From: Promethearchaeia archaeon
GTDB lineage: Archaea; Asgardarchaeota; Lokiarchaeia; Sigyniarchaeales; SOKP01
Reading direction: 5' to 3'
DNA: 38,301 nt
Assembly: GCA_029856145.1 (NCBI GenBank)
Contig: JAHQWK010000013.1
Location: forward strand, 1-38,301
Shown one piece after another: positions 23,701-32,048 of the stretch; positions within the stretch are counted from its first letter, which is position 1; each line of letters begins with the position of its first letter. A program made the translations under genes and the position numbers. Under the pieces are notes generated by a model. That model saw only the letters and a program-made list of their open reading frames with translations. It was not told the origin of the DNA and did no database searches.

Positions 23701-24747
23701 AAGATTAATAACTGGGACGCTTAAAAATTCTTCTTTTGAGCTGTAACCAAATATCTGAAATGCTTGTGAATTACATTCCAATACCTTCCCTTCATGTGTA
23801 GTAATAGAAATTCCTACTGGAATAGATTCTATTAAATCCATTAGTTTTTTCTCTGATTCTCTGATCTTTTCTTTTGCTTTTTCTCTTTCTTGATGCACTT
23901 TTTCTTCAATTTTCTTACGTTCCGTTATGTCTCTAAATAACCCTACAATATTCTTTTTATTATCCACCTCGATTAATTGACCTCTTAAAGATACTGTTAT
24001 ATAATGACCTTCTTTATGCTGAATTCTGAATTCTACTGTCCCAACTTCTCCAGTATTTATTACGTAATTTTGATTCTTTAGTACTTCTTCTTGATCATCT
24101 AGATGTATAAACCTAAAGGCATTTTGATTAATCATCTCTTCTGGTTTATAACCTAATATATCGATAGTTTGAGGGCTTAAGTAGTCGATTTTTCCATCTA
24201 AATCAATTTTAAAAATTATATCAGATATACTTTTAATCAATGTGCGATATTTTTCTTCGGATTCTTTTAATTGATTTGCCCTTTCTTCTATTATCTCTTC
24301 TAAATCCTCATTCAAATCGATCAATTTTTGCTCTCCTTTTTTTTGTTCTCCAATATCTTGAATTTGAACTAAATAATTACTAAGAGAATTATCCTTTCCA
24401 AGAAAAATAGGTGTAATTAATACTTTGAGATATGTCTTTCCTGACTTTGTAGTTTCATATAAATGTTGTTTCTTAACCAAATCAAAATCAAATGAACTTT
24501 CAAATTGTATTGTTTCTCGCTGTTTTAATTTATTTAGATGCTCCTTTGGTATGTTTGGATCATCTAATAGATCAAATCCTTTAACCTCATCCGTGCTTGA
24601 GACACCAAACAAATCCATACATGATTGGTTTAAATCAATCAATTTTCCGTATGAATCATAAATTTCAATTCCTATTGGAGAATCATTATAAATAGATTTG
24701 AACAAATCTTCCATATTAATAGCTTGATTTTCCCCCATTTCAATCAA
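20704..24747 (-). CDS. Soluble PAS sensor histidine kinase (8 PAS + HisKA + HATPase)
   Basis: SRTSHELKTPL, NLISNAIKYT, DNGIG, GSGLGL and eight PAS units. The start may be ATG 24738. Confidence 0.93.
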   Translation of the reverse strand: MIEMGENQAINMEDLFKSIYNDSPIGIEIYDSYGKLIDLNQSCMDLFGVSSTDEVKGFDLLDDPNIPKEHLNKLKQRETIQFESSFDFDLVKKQHLYETTKSGKTYLKVLITPIFLGKDNSLSNYLVQIQDIGEQKKGEQKLIDLNEDLEEIIEERANQLKESEEKYRTLIKSISDIIFKIDLDGKIDYLSPQTIDILGYKPEEMINQNAFRFIHLDDQEEVLKNQNYVINTGEVGTVEFRIQHKEGHYITVSLRGQLIEVDNKKNIVGLFRDITERKKIEEKVHQEREKAKEKIRESEKKLMDLIESIPVGISITTHEGKVLECNSQAFQIFGYSSKEEFLSVPVINLYQDPSDREKFLELYKKGLVKDFEVKFKRKDGTVFWGSLTSVAYNKGDQTLFINSFQDITNRKITKIKIQQSETELSAIYNYTPIAILLLDSERRIRKINKFALKFTDRREEEVFGIHGGEALRCVYSIKDPQGCGFSEHCQECTIRNTVLDTFKNKIPHINVEATLFLLPGGDIDKVHLLFSTVPLKFDGEDLVLVSLIDITDRKKAEQKLKESEARYRNLFENSPIGLFEQDFSELKIYIDNLRASGVIDFEKYLDENPKEIINFGSMIKLIDVNRKTLELYNVKNKDYFIDRKLQMEKNLFQFMTPEVLITNKREMLSFIYGETTFESELVITNSFGDTINVYMRTLIIPGFESTWSKVIVSLLDITDRVVAEQELKKSEGKYRKLSNQYEMLLESITDAVYALNRDWEYILVNKNAEKIINMPIENLLGNKIIDVFPGIEQTTFFKTYKNVMNTGKANRIIDSFKLPNGHAGYFEVNVYPIKEGILCIGKNATEEKEIERKLKESEERFKYLVSSNPAIIYTSKASGNYGATFISDNVEDKWGYEPDYFVKDSEFWLNHIHADDKEHVLTELSKLFDKGHITHEYRFKLNNGTYQWMRDEVMLMRDDSGNPVEIIGSVIDITDRVKAEEKLKESEEKFRTIAEQSLLGLSIIQNGFVVFTNQALSNILGYSVEEINQWSGKDTFKVIYEEDLPNVRKKVKTRKKDDLLSMLQYQCRINTKSGNLKWVEVISKPIIYQGRIGTILSLIDITTKKEVEDSLKEISRVKSELLSRTSHELKTPLVSIKGYADLLLTQHYEELDIYTVSVLHEIKQGSYRLESLITDLLETSKLESEEIKLNKLEDDLAFLIRFCIRDLKGLIETRKHKLVLDIHDKMITMFEKEKIYEVLMNLISNAIKYTPPNGLIIIKSEKTEKKYIISVKDNGIGLTDYERKKIFKKFGKIERYGKGMNVVSEGSGLGLYISKKIIELHEEDIWVESEGRDKGSIFYFSLPNMKD

Positions 24748-24919
24748 AATGAACTCACTTCCAAATAATATTTACAATTATATGATGGGAATTTTCTTAT
24801 ACCCATAAAATGTGTAAGAAATTGTATTTAACACTTTGGTTAAGAATCTATTGCGACAAAATTTAAATAAAAGTTATTTTCCAAAAATGTAAAACATTAA
24901 ATAAGAAAAATCTTTTAAT

Positions 24920-25822
24920 TTATTTCAATCCATATACTTGTTTAGGAGCAAGAAATTGTGGAAATTTTTCTATAAGACGTAATCTCGCGAGATAACATAG
25001 ATGACACTCATCAATATATTCATCTTCATGTTCAACTTGATAATATCTAATTAATTGAGCAGGTCCCCCTTGGATTAAAGGACCACAAATAGGATGAGAT
25101 TTTGCGTCATAGTTCTCAATTAACTCTGAAAGAGGAGTCTCCCAGAAATTTCCAATACTTAATCCTTGACAGATATGCACATTTCCAAATGGATCTAAGT
25201 GAACTCTTCCAAGCCCTTCTAGGTCTTCATATGGACATTTATTCAAACCCTCCCACGCTCTTTTGGGCAAACCTTCAGTTAAGGTTTCAACAGCTCTTCC
25301 TCTAAACATCGCTCCTCCCTTGATTACAGGTTCGCCCCTTTCATGTTCTTTAACAATTCCCTCTTCTACAGTAGGTTTGTTAATAGAAATTGAAGATAAA
25401 GATAGATTTAAAATATTCGCTGCTTCACGAGCATTTTTAGCCAGATTTAATTCTTCATCCCCAAAATGAAAAGTATCATCACTGATACTAAAATCGCAAA
25501 CTCCTAATTCAGAAAAAGGTTTAAGCCAAAGTATAGCATCTTCAACGCTAGTTGCCCAATATGAATTTGTTACTATTCCTATTTCGAATCCCATTTTATT
25601 TGCGAGTTTACAACCTTCAATCATTATAGGATAATAAAGAAAGGGTTCCCCTCCTTCGAAGTAGACCCATTCCACAGTGTCAATCTTCTTAACGGCTACT
25701 AAAACATCTTTAATCTGAGCTAATGTAAATGTTCCCTTTGAATTAGGGCTACAATATAAAAAACAATGATCACATGTATAATTACAGGCATAGGTTAATA
25801 GAAAATGGATTCCTTTTAGCAA
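24920..25822 (-). CDS. Radical SAM protein with Cys-rich (SPASM/twitch-like) C-terminus, function unknown
   Basis: CxxxCxxC (CNYTCDHC), GGEPFL, VTN. C-terminal CPY...ICQG...CHLC. SD GAGG upstream of the TTG. Confidence 0.88.
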   Translation of the reverse strand: MLKGIHFLLTYACNYTCDHCFLYCSPNSKGTFTLAQIKDVLVAVKKIDTVEWVYFEGGEPFLYYPIMIEGCKLANKMGFEIGIVTNSYWATSVEDAILWLKPFSELGVCDFSISDDTFHFGDEELNLAKNAREAANILNLSLSSISINKPTVEEGIVKEHERGEPVIKGGAMFRGRAVETLTEGLPKRAWEGLNKCPYEDLEGLGRVHLDPFGNVHICQGLSIGNFWETPLSELIENYDAKSHPICGPLIQGGPAQLIRYYQVEHEDEYIDECHLCYLARLRLIEKFPQFLAPKQVYGLK

Positions 25823-26023
25823 GGTATTATTCCTCTTTAATTTAATTTCTCTGTTAATTTTTAAATTATTCCATATATGTACATATTAGAATTATAAATA
25901 AAAATAATTAGTAAAATTACATATGGTTTTATAAACAAACAGTATTTGAGAATATTCATAAAAGAATCTGTGATTGAATATCTAAAATTATTATTATTCT
26001 TTTTTTATTATTGATAAAACATT

Positions 26024-27256
26024 GTGATTATAATGAAGAAAGTAGCCATTATTGGAGTGGGTCATACAAAATTTGGTAGATTAAACGATAAAGGCTTAAT
26101 GGATCTTTTGTGTGAAGCATCTTTAGAAGCTATAGAAGATTCTAATACAACTAATAAAGATTTCGATTCTGTTTACGTGGGAGCAATGAGTCCAGGAGCT
26201 TTTAATCAACTTTCGGGCGTTGCTAGTGCTCTTGTAGACAAATTAAGCTTATTACCTGCTACCGCTGATCATATTAAGAATGGTCCTGCAAGTGGTGGAT
26301 CAGCAGTTAAAGCCGGTTTTCAAGCAATTACTTCTGGAATGAGTGATTTAGTATTAGTTGTCGGAGGTGAAAAAATGACTCATATTACCACACCTGGTTA
26401 TGTTACTTCCAATGTAGCAACTTTAACGCATCCAGAAGCGGAAAGACGTCATGGTGTTTCACTACCCTCATTTGCAGGCTTGCTTACTCGTGCTTATCTT
26501 GAGAAATATGATGCGAAACTAGAATGGATTTCAGATATTGCGATTAAAAATCATATTAATGGTGTGTCAAACCCAATTGCTCATTTTCAACGAACAATCG
26601 AAGATTTCATGAAGAGTGCCATTGAGAAGGGAAAAGGAAATTGGGATAATGTGCACGATTTCCTTGAGGATGATGAAACCAATCCAATAATAGCAGACCC
26701 ATTAAGACTTTATCATATTTGTCCTATTTCAGATGGAGCTGCTGCTTTAGTTTTATGTGATGGTGATAAAGCGAAGGATTACTGTGATACGCCCATTTCA
26801 ATTTCTGGTATAGGTCAAGCCACAGATACTCATATCTTATATGAACGTGAGGATCTTACTACCCTTAAAGCTTTAAGAATTTGTTCAAACCAAGCATATA
26901 AAATGGCTAAAAAAACCCCAGAAGATATTGATGTAGCCGAATTACATGATGCTTTTGAGATTCTGGAAGCGGTACAAAGTGAGGATATTGGATTTTTTAA
27001 GAAAGGAGAAGGTGCTAAAGCTGCACATGAAGGTTTAACTGAAATAGGCGGAAAAATACCAATAAATCCTTCAGGTGGGTTAAAGGCTAGAGGACATCCT
27101 CTTGGTGCCACAGGAGTTGCTCAAGTTGTAGAATTGATTTGGCAGCTACGAGGAGAAGCGAGTAAGAGACAAGTTAATGGTGCGGAAACTGGAATAACGT
27201 GTAATTTTGGGGGATTTGGTAATAATATAATATCAATATTAGTTGAAAGAATGTAA
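26024..27256 (+). CDS. Thiolase-fold protein (SCP-x/archaeal type) lacking the nucleophilic Cys; likely ATG start at 26033
   Basis: VAIIGVGHTKFG, CPISDGAAA, DIDVAELHDAF, NPSGGLKARGHPLGATG. The CxS motif reads NGPASG. Confidence 0.88.
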   Translation: MIIMKKVAIIGVGHTKFGRLNDKGLMDLLCEASLEAIEDSNTTNKDFDSVYVGAMSPGAFNQLSGVASALVDKLSLLPATADHIKNGPASGGSAVKAGFQAITSGMSDLVLVVGGEKMTHITTPGYVTSNVATLTHPEAERRHGVSLPSFAGLLTRAYLEKYDAKLEWISDIAIKNHINGVSNPIAHFQRTIEDFMKSAIEKGKGNWDNVHDFLEDDETNPIIADPLRLYHICPISDGAAALVLCDGDKAKDYCDTPISISGIGQATDTHILYEREDLTTLKALRICSNQAYKMAKKTPEDIDVAELHDAFEILEAVQSEDIGFFKKGEGAKAAHEGLTEIGGKIPINPSGGLKARGHPLGATGVAQVVELIWQLRGEASKRQVNGAETGITCNFGGFGNNIISILVERM

Positions 27257-27283
27257 GGTTAAATCATTTCTATCTAAAAAGGT

Positions 27284-27700
27284 TTATATGATTGGCAAAT
27301 TAATAGTAAATTTCGCTCCCTTATTTCTTCCCGTGGATTCTACACTAATACTTCCGCTATGTAATTCGATAATTTCTTTTGATATGAATAATCCAAGACC
27401 AGATCCTTAAATATCAAGGTATTCTAATCCTTTCCCATATCTTTCTATTTTACCAAATTTAGTAAATAACCTATTAATTTCTTCTTCAGTTAAGCCTATT
27501 CCTGTGTCGCTTATAGATATATTAATATTCTCTTCTTCATGTCTAACATTAATTTTAATATTACCATTAGGAGGAGTATTTTTAATAGCATTTAAAAGGA
27601 TATTTATAATCACTTGTTCAAATCTTATTTTATCTACATTTAATATTACACTTGAAGGAAGTTCTAAAATTAAGTTGATTTTACTTTTTTTTAAAATAGT
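27284..27700 (-). pseudogene. Remnant of a histidine kinase HATPase domain with an in-frame TAA
   Basis: Reads ...INLILELPSSVILNVDKIRFEQVIINILLNAIKNTPP...DTGIG...FGKIERYGKGLEYLDI*GSGLGLFISKEIIELHSGSISVESTGRNKGAKFTINLPII*. TAA at 27407-27409, final stop at 27284-27286. No H-box or PAS upstream. Confidence 0.88.
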
Positions 27701-27923
27701 TTGATATTGAAGATTTTTTGACGAAATTTCGAAAAAATAACCAAAATAAATCTTCTTTAGAGCCTCTAATATAAGAGGTCTTTATTGACAAAAATATTCG
27801 ATTTTGAAGTAATAAAGTAAGTATTCAAACCTTAAAACTATTTTTTTTCATTTCTTACATTATATTTAAAATAATAATTAGCTTAATGTATTCATAAGGT
27901 TACAATCCAAATTAATTATAATT

Positions 27924-29876
27924 ATGTCTTATTCAGAGCTAAATCAATTAACAAGGGCGGAAGAGCTTTTTGATGCTGGTAAACTTGATGAAGCTCGTGA
28001 ACTATTAGACAATTTGATCCAACTTGAAGGAGTTAATCTTCAACAAAAAGGTTATTACCAGTTCCTTAAAGGCTTAACTCTACTATATCAGGGAAAATAT
28101 GAAGAAACCATTACATTCGGTGAACAAATGTTTAAAGAAAACCAAAAATTTAATCAAAATCTCCAATCGGTTGATGGATTGTATTTTGTTCTCATTGGAT
28201 TAATTGAGTTTGAAAAATTTGAAGAAGCACTCGAAGTGATTGAACAATCTGAAGATTTATTAAAATCTATCTCTCACATATCTCAAAAAGATTTATTGCC
28301 AAGAAAGGCTCGCATAAATGTAATAAAAGGATACATTAATTTTAAGAAAGGTAATTTGGAGTTAGCAGAGAATTGCTATGAGTGGACTTTAGGTTTAAAA
28401 AAAGAACTTGGTAATTCATTCGAAATTGTTTTGGCTTATCTTAATATGGCAGCTTTTTGTTATAACGTTAAAAGTGAAATAGATATTGCTATTGAATACA
28501 TCAATAAAGCAAAGTCAATAGCAAAGGAGATTAAATTTAACCTCTTCTGGCTTGCTAACTGTCATATGCTTTATGGGGTGATATATGCAAACACTGGTGA
28601 ATTTGAACTTAGTTTAGAACATTATATGAAGAATCTAGCAATATTGAAACAACTTAAAAATAAATGGTATCTTTCAGGAATACTCAATAATATAGGATAT
28701 ACCAATGGCATTATAGGTAATTATGACCTTGCTTTGAAATATTTGGAAGAAAGTTTAATACTTTGGGAGCGAAATCCGACACATTTAGTAAACATTCTGA
28801 GTAATTTAATATCTATGGCTCTGGTAAAAGGCGATATAGAACTTGCTCAACAATATTATAATCAACTAGAAAATTTGTGTAATGAAAAAAAAGACAGATA
28901 TATAGTTGCAATGTACCAATACTCTAAAGCCTTAATGCTAAAAAGGAGTTCTCGAATTCGAGATAAAGCTAAAGTTGAAGAATTATTGAAACAAGTCATC
29001 GAAACAGAAAATTTTAGTTTTGCTATTATTATAAATGCACTAGTTCATCTTTGTGACCTACTTCTCTCAGAATTTCGTCTAAATAATAATATTGAAGTAC
29101 TTGATGAAGTAAATCATTATATTGCTCAATTATTAACTATAGCTGAGAAATCGCATTCATATCTATATTTTTGTGAAACTTTCATATTACAAGCCAAATT
29201 GGCCTTAATAAATTTGGATATGAAGGCAGCTCGGCGATTTCTAACTCAAGCTCAGAAAATAGCCGAAAAGTACGGAATTAGAAGATTAGCTATAAAGATC
29301 TCAAATGAACATGATGAATTACTTAGACAATTAAAGATGTGGGAGAATTTAAAAGAATCAGAAACATCTTTTCCTGAACGCATGAAATTAGCACGATTAA
29401 ATGAGCAAATGGAGCATATGATAAGAAAACGAAGAATTGAGGTACCAGAGCTTTCAGATGAGGAGCCTGTTCTTCTTTTAATTGTTTCAGAAGGTGGTAT
29501 ACCTTTTTTCTCTCAATCATTTATTGAGGATAAATCTTTTGAAGACCACCTTTTTGGAGGATTTTTTACTGCTATCAATTCCTTTATTAATGAAAAATTC
29601 TCAGAGGGGCTTGAACGTGCTTCTTTCGGTGAACATACACTCCTTATGAACTCTATTTCACCTTTTTTAATGTGCTATGTATATAAGGGTCAATCTTATT
29701 CAGCTCAGAATCGGATAAAATCATTTATAAATGAAATACAGAGTAATAAAGAAATGTGGGACACTTTTGAAAAATTTTATCAAATGAACAAGAAAATTCA
29801 CATGAAAGATATTCCTTCTCTTGAACAATTGATAACAAAAATTTTTATTGAAAAAAGTGAGGCTATTAATGTATAG
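27924..29876 (+). CDS. TPR-repeat protein with C-terminal longin/roadblock-like domain
   Basis: TPR motifs (LNNIGYT..IIGNYDLALKYLEESL). C-terminal LLLIVSEGGIPFFSQSF...HLFGGFFTAINSF...ERASFGEHTLLM...LMCYVY fits a longin-like beta-beta-alpha-beta-beta-beta-alpha pattern. Confidence 0.75.
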   Translation: MSYSELNQLTRAEELFDAGKLDEARELLDNLIQLEGVNLQQKGYYQFLKGLTLLYQGKYEETITFGEQMFKENQKFNQNLQSVDGLYFVLIGLIEFEKFEEALEVIEQSEDLLKSISHISQKDLLPRKARINVIKGYINFKKGNLELAENCYEWTLGLKKELGNSFEIVLAYLNMAAFCYNVKSEIDIAIEYINKAKSIAKEIKFNLFWLANCHMLYGVIYANTGEFELSLEHYMKNLAILKQLKNKWYLSGILNNIGYTNGIIGNYDLALKYLEESLILWERNPTHLVNILSNLISMALVKGDIELAQQYYNQLENLCNEKKDRYIVAMYQYSKALMLKRSSRIRDKAKVEELLKQVIETENFSFAIIINALVHLCDLLLSEFRLNNNIEVLDEVNHYIAQLLTIAEKSHSYLYFCETFILQAKLALINLDMKAARRFLTQAQKIAEKYGIRRLAIKISNEHDELLRQLKMWENLKESETSFPERMKLARLNEQMEHMIRKRRIEVPELSDEEPVLLLIVSEGGIPFFSQSFIEDKSFEDHLFGGFFTAINSFINEKFSEGLERASFGEHTLLMNSISPFLMCYVYKGQSYSAQNRIKSFINEIQSNKEMWDTFEKFYQMNKKIHMKDIPSLEQLITKIFIEKSEAINV

Positions 29877-29907
29877 ATTCGAGTTTTTATTGAGGTTTTA
29901 ATTACTT

Positions 29908-31836
29908 TTAAATTGGATCCACTTCTATTGGTTTAAGTTCTGAAAGAAAAAGATTAGCAATCGAGAGCCATTTTTGTTTTGTTTCAGGATCTTTTACATT
30001 TTTCTTGGTTAGTTCTATCCCTTTCCTGAGATTTTCCATTGCTAAATCAAGATTTCCAATTGTTTTATAACAAATTCCTAATTTGATATAAGTCTGGAAA
30101 ATATACCATTCATTGGCTCCTAAAACCATTGACTTTACAAACTTCTTAGCCGCTTCTTCATACTCTTCAAAATACATTAAAATTTCACCATAAGTGTCAT
30201 GATAAATTCCCATTTCAGGTTCATTTTCTACGAGTTTTTGAATTATTTTTATTGCTTCTTCTTTTTTATCTAAAAATTGTAGCCAATAGGCTTTATAACT
30301 AAGAAGATCATTGTCTTCAGGATATTTTTTAATTAAAGACTCGATAATTTCTAATCCCGCTTTAATATTTTGCATTCTTCTAAGAACAGCTGCTTTTAAT
30401 ATTTTAATATCTTTTTCACTCTCAGGAAAAATTTCCAACATTTCCTCTAAAAATTGTATTGTTTCTTTGTATTGGTTAAAATAAACCAAAATTTTTATCT
30501 TCAAATAATATAAATCAAGATTTTCTTGGTTTAATTCAATTTGATTATCAATCTCTTTTATTTGTTCTTCATATTGATTCTCTAAATTTTCATAGATTTG
30601 TGATTGAAAAATATCTGTTATGTTCTGCCAAATAATTCCTTCTAATTTATCATAAGTTCCTTTTAATTCCTTTTTAGTCTCAATTTTATAAGCTAGATAT
30701 TTAATATATTCTGGTAAAAACTCTCTTAATGGTGTGTTCAAATCTTTATTAAATAAGAATTCGCAACTTTTGTTTGCGATATCATTTATAATTGATTTCA
30801 TATCTATTGTGGGCATAACTGACGTTGGTTTCGAAAAAAGCTTATTCAAATATGAAACCTTATTGATTTTATTCTCAGTAATTACTCGAAGCATTTTTTC
30901 TAGTGCTCCATCTGATTGAAAGTAATATTGTTCACCTGATGGTTGCCTTAACTTATAAAATCTTAATGGATATATTTTCCCTTCTGAAATTTCATCAATA
31001 TAATAATCAAGCGTAGTTTTCTTAATTATATAGAGTCTTGAGAAATCTTCAGAAGATATAAAGTTTGGATATTGACTTGGATGATTAATTGAAAGAAAAA
31101 GTAAGATTTTTTGAAATATCTCCTCATCTTTTAATAATGGTTTTACCTTTTCATAATGTAATGTTAATATATTGTTAAGAAACCTAAATTGTATATCTTC
31201 ATCTTTAATATTGTAATTCTCAAAAAATTGAATTGTTTTCTTAGTAATCTCTTCAATTCGTTTACCCTCTTCCTCTAAAATAGTTTGTCTATCCAAATTA
31301 TAATTTTGAAGCATCCTTGAATACTCTGATTTGCCTGCTCGAGTAATTATATATTTTCCTTCCTCTTTTACTATAAAATCCTTTTCGATTAATAAACTCA
31401 AATTCTTTGACAATGAAGATTGATTTATGGACAATGGATCTTCAAGGAAATCAGACCTTTTGCAATAATTATTATTATACATCATCCAAAGAATCCAGTC
31501 AGAATAGTTTCTTCCACTTTTCAAGATTATCTTAGGAGGATAATTTAGTTTATGTGCTTTTTTCTTCGCACTTGATAAGTCATGAAATTTCTTTCTTCCC
31601 TCTGAAGTAATTCTGTAATGCCCTCTAGTAAAATTTTCTACAAAGCCCTTACGTTTTAACGTATCTAGATGTCTAGATAATGTACCTGTAGGAATTTCAA
31701 TTGGCTCTTGATGAAAATCCGCCCATTTACATATATCATTATTACTTAACATCCAGAGAATAATATGGTCATAATTCTGCTTTTTCAACTTGGAAGGACT
31801 ATAGATTTTTTCTGGCGGATAATTTATGCTTCCCAT
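29908..31836 (-). CDS. Tandem winged-helix + C-terminal TPR protein, putative transcriptional regulator
   Basis: Two internal repeats beginning NYPP...NY..ILWM..NN..C..DF..P..I...TLS..L..L..K.F.....Y.IT..G (MarR/ArsR-like wHTH). C-terminal TPRs (YHDTYGEIL..., YIKLGICY...). Confidence 0.78.
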   Translation of the reverse strand: MGSINYPPEKIYSPSKLKKQNYDHIILWMLSNNDICKWADFHQEPIEIPTGTLSRHLDTLKRKGFVENFTRGHYRITSEGRKKFHDLSSAKKKAHKLNYPPKIILKSGRNYSDWILWMMYNNNYCKRSDFLEDPLSINQSSLSKNLSLLIEKDFIVKEEGKYIITRAGKSEYSRMLQNYNLDRQTILEEEGKRIEEITKKTIQFFENYNIKDEDIQFRFLNNILTLHYEKVKPLLKDEEIFQKILLFLSINHPSQYPNFISSEDFSRLYIIKKTTLDYYIDEISEGKIYPLRFYKLRQPSGEQYYFQSDGALEKMLRVITENKINKVSYLNKLFSKPTSVMPTIDMKSIINDIANKSCEFLFNKDLNTPLREFLPEYIKYLAYKIETKKELKGTYDKLEGIIWQNITDIFQSQIYENLENQYEEQIKEIDNQIELNQENLDLYYLKIKILVYFNQYKETIQFLEEMLEIFPESEKDIKILKAAVLRRMQNIKAGLEIIESLIKKYPEDNDLLSYKAYWLQFLDKKEEAIKIIQKLVENEPEMGIYHDTYGEILMYFEEYEEAAKKFVKSMVLGANEWYIFQTYIKLGICYKTIGNLDLAMENLRKGIELTKKNVKDPETKQKWLSIANLFLSELKPIEVDPI

Positions 31837-31884
31837 AATTTAAGAAAATCTATATTTTATTTTCTAAATTAAGATCATTTTTTT

Positions 31885-31990
31885 TCTATTTATATCTATT
31901 TCATAGAACTTCCATAAAAAATCGAAACTATCATGGAACTATCGGAAGCTCAATTATAAAGGAAACTGTGGCTCAAAATTTAATTAACTA
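31885..31990 (+). repeat. Intergenic element copy 1 (divergent promoter/operator candidate)
   Basis: Core GAAACTATCATGGAACTATCGGAAGCTCAATTATAAA at 31924-31960. Confidence 0.9.
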
Positions 31991-32048
31991 TTATTTTGCG
32001 TTTTATTGACTAAAATGCAATATAATTTCTATCTACAAAAAAGAGGAA

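Noticed and set aside
11313-25469. Short + strand ORFs opposite the kinases, GTPase and radical SAM genes
   Set aside because: Antisense shadows of well-supported genes.
27407-27409. Stop-codon recoding (Sec/Pyl) in the kinase remnant
   Set aside because: The codon is TAA, not TGA or TAG, and the gene is also 5'-deleted.
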